A stretch of 35,180 bases of DNA from Octopus bimaculoides (lineage: Eukaryota), in contig NC_068991.1 of NCBI RefSeq assembly GCF_001194135.2, forward strand, positions 48,783,385 through 48,818,564. Reading direction: 5' to 3'. The notes beneath the pieces were generated by a model. It had not been told where the DNA came from and did not search any database. It saw only the letters and a program-made list of their open reading frames with translations. Position numbers and translations under genes: made by a program. Shown here one piece after another: positions 33,230 to 35,180 of the stretch; the first letter of the stretch is position 1, and the number at the start of each line of letters is the position of its first letter.

Positions 33230-33410
33230 CAAGGCTAGAAATTTGGCGGGGAGAGGATTAGTCGATTATTTGGGCCTAAATGCTCAACTGGTATCTATTT
33301 TATCGATCCTGGAAGAATTTTTGAACTTTAAACCCAGAGATTTAAGAGCCGGAGGAAATGCTGCTAAGCATTTTTCTTGAGGCGCTAGCAATTCTACAAG
33401 ATCGCCGTCT
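33230..33410 (-). mobile_element. Degenerate SINE, second family
   Basis: TAGTCGATTA...CAACTGGTATCTATTTTATCGATCC...GAAATGCTGCTAAGCATTTT...GCTAGCAATTCT...TCGCCGTCTT. Confidence 0.6.
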
Positions 33411-35180
33411 TACATTGTAGTATAATCATTTTCCAGAATGTTTGAGAGAAGAGTATAGTCAATGACATTGACTTGAATACTTCACTGGTTCTTATTTTAT
33501 AAAATCCAGTAGGGTTTGAAATCATAACGTAAAGAAACCAGCTATAATCATATGGCATACTGTTCCGTGCTCTACTTGTTCTCGCGGTTCAGTATCTGTT
33601 CATAAAACATATTATAACAGAAATCGATAATGAAACAGTTTCATCTACCTAAAGATCAGTAATCAAGTACTCCTTTATCTCAATGAATATTAAAAGAAAG
33701 CAAAATTTCAGTTACCATTCTGAAGACATTGAAATGATAAATTACTAAGATGAAGACATGTACGTGCAAGTTTGTAAGTTCTGAAGACATAATCGTTAAG
33801 TGTGTAGCTACGATGAAGTGATAGAAGCTGAGAACAATCGTATATAATTTACATTGCTTTTTGTCACATGTCTTAGTAAGTTTCTACGTTATTTCTGTAC
33901 AGCTGCCGTAGCAGTTCATGCTCTTTCAAGCATGTATCAATGCATGTATCACATTGCTATAAATGACGTTGAAGTAATTGTATTATATTCTGCAGTTTCT
34001 AAACGCATCTTATTTGATTTATCAATACCAACGACCCAATAAAAGCGTCGATAATTAGCTAAAGTTATCTTGTATTCAGATATAGCGGGATTACACTACT
34101 AAGCAGATTTCTTCTGTTGAAATCTTAATAGATTAATCTTCAAAATCTTGTAAACTAGACATACTAACCAGAGGGTTTCTCATAATGTTGCATCACTGTG
34201 AGAGTTATTACGTTTCTTTCCGAAATTCAGTAGTGTAATATTGTGGTCAGACAATATTCTATAATGAAAACCACCTTTGGTGAGAGATGATGAATCATAA
34301 AATACTAAAGTTGTTTGCCATATTCATATGTCATTCGTTTGCATGCTTGATGCATTGTTGATATATAGAAGAAAGTGATATGCCTTCTATCATTAAATTT
34401 ACTTCTGTTCATTGCAGATGTCACAAAACTTCCTGGACATTAAAAGATCACAGAAAATGTTACCAGTTGACTACATTCATCGCTTTATTCAATGGTGTTG
34501 CTGGACAAGACAAAACTACTTTTAGATAAAAGAGAAAGGCTTTTTGATTAATAAAAGAATCGCTGCTACACACAGGATCGTCTGAAATGATTATTAATAT
34601 AAACTGTAAAAAGCTGCCCTCTAAAATGGTGATATGCAACTGGATTCAGAGTTTCATGAGGAAATTAATTACCTAAACCATCGTTCCTTTCAAACTCTAA
34701 ACAAAAAGTATATTACATGTATATATAAATATATATATATATATATATCTTTAAAAATAGAGCTCAAAATCGATGCATTGAAGATACTTTATTGCAGCAA
34801 CAATTACAATAGCAGTAACAACAACAATAAGCCAAACCTATGCACATTTCAATAGAGTATCCAGGATAAATAAACCACATCATAAATTGTCTCATAAAAT
34901 ATTATAACATATTACAACACATTACAAATTACAAATTATAAATTGCCGGATACTCCATCTCTTCGGGGTCGCAATTATTATTGCCATCACCAAACACTAC
35001 TATTATAAGCAAAACACATACATCAAAGCGGGTGAAAGAATAATCGAAGGTACACAACCCTCCATCGTTATTTTCCCTCAGAATGTAAACAAACAAATCA
35101 AATCAAATCCAGCGACGTACACCGACGTACACAGCGTAAAAATCCCCTGCCAAAAATTTTACCCCATATACATCAAGATT

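Larger units (their letters stand above)
1..35180. repeat. Dense (AT)n, (AC/TG)n, (ACAT/TATG)n, (GATA)n and (AG)n microsatellites throughout
   Basis: Examples: 1-40, 445-490, 770-827, 2895-2947, 4880-4944, 5209-5300, 5490-5560, 10141-10228, 12460-12570, 13283-13350, 14425-14471, 14748-14787, 16280-16425, 23252-23308, 30345-30422, 30757-30846, 33045-33093. Confidence 0.95.

Noticed and set aside
34420-34530. Strong acceptor followed by a C-type-lectin-like CHKTSW...KCYQL
   Set aside because: The frame stops after ~37 codons and has no further lectin motifs.

Overview
AT-rich animal genomic DNA, not prokaryotic. It contains nine N-gaps, eight of them flanked by (AT)n/(AC)n/(AG)n microsatellites. 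The SINE families and microsatellite density suggest an octopus genome; this is an inference, not a database match. No intact gene is recognisable, and the supplied ORFs are mostly translations of microsatellites, N-runs or decayed transposons. Recognisable content: an internally deleted Helitron with both termini (963-2447, -); a decayed Penelope-like element with RT and GIY-YIG domains (6630-8750, +); two unrelated RTE-clade LINE 3' fragments, one ending in three C2H2 zinc fingers (12640-13300, +); a Tc1/mariner transposase relic; three stacked 3' fragments of a restriction-like-endonuclease (R4/Dong-like) retrotransposon in a (TACA)n tract; three palindromic MITE-like elements; about 15 tRNA-derived SINE copies; and hammerhead-like relic motifs. 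The best non-TE signal is a ~380-bp inverted duplication (25965-26350 / 28085-28512) whose conserved core looks like a splice acceptor plus a short exon. No CRISPR array, rRNA or convincing functional tRNA was seen. Repeat boundaries were read by eye and are approximate unless termini are quoted.
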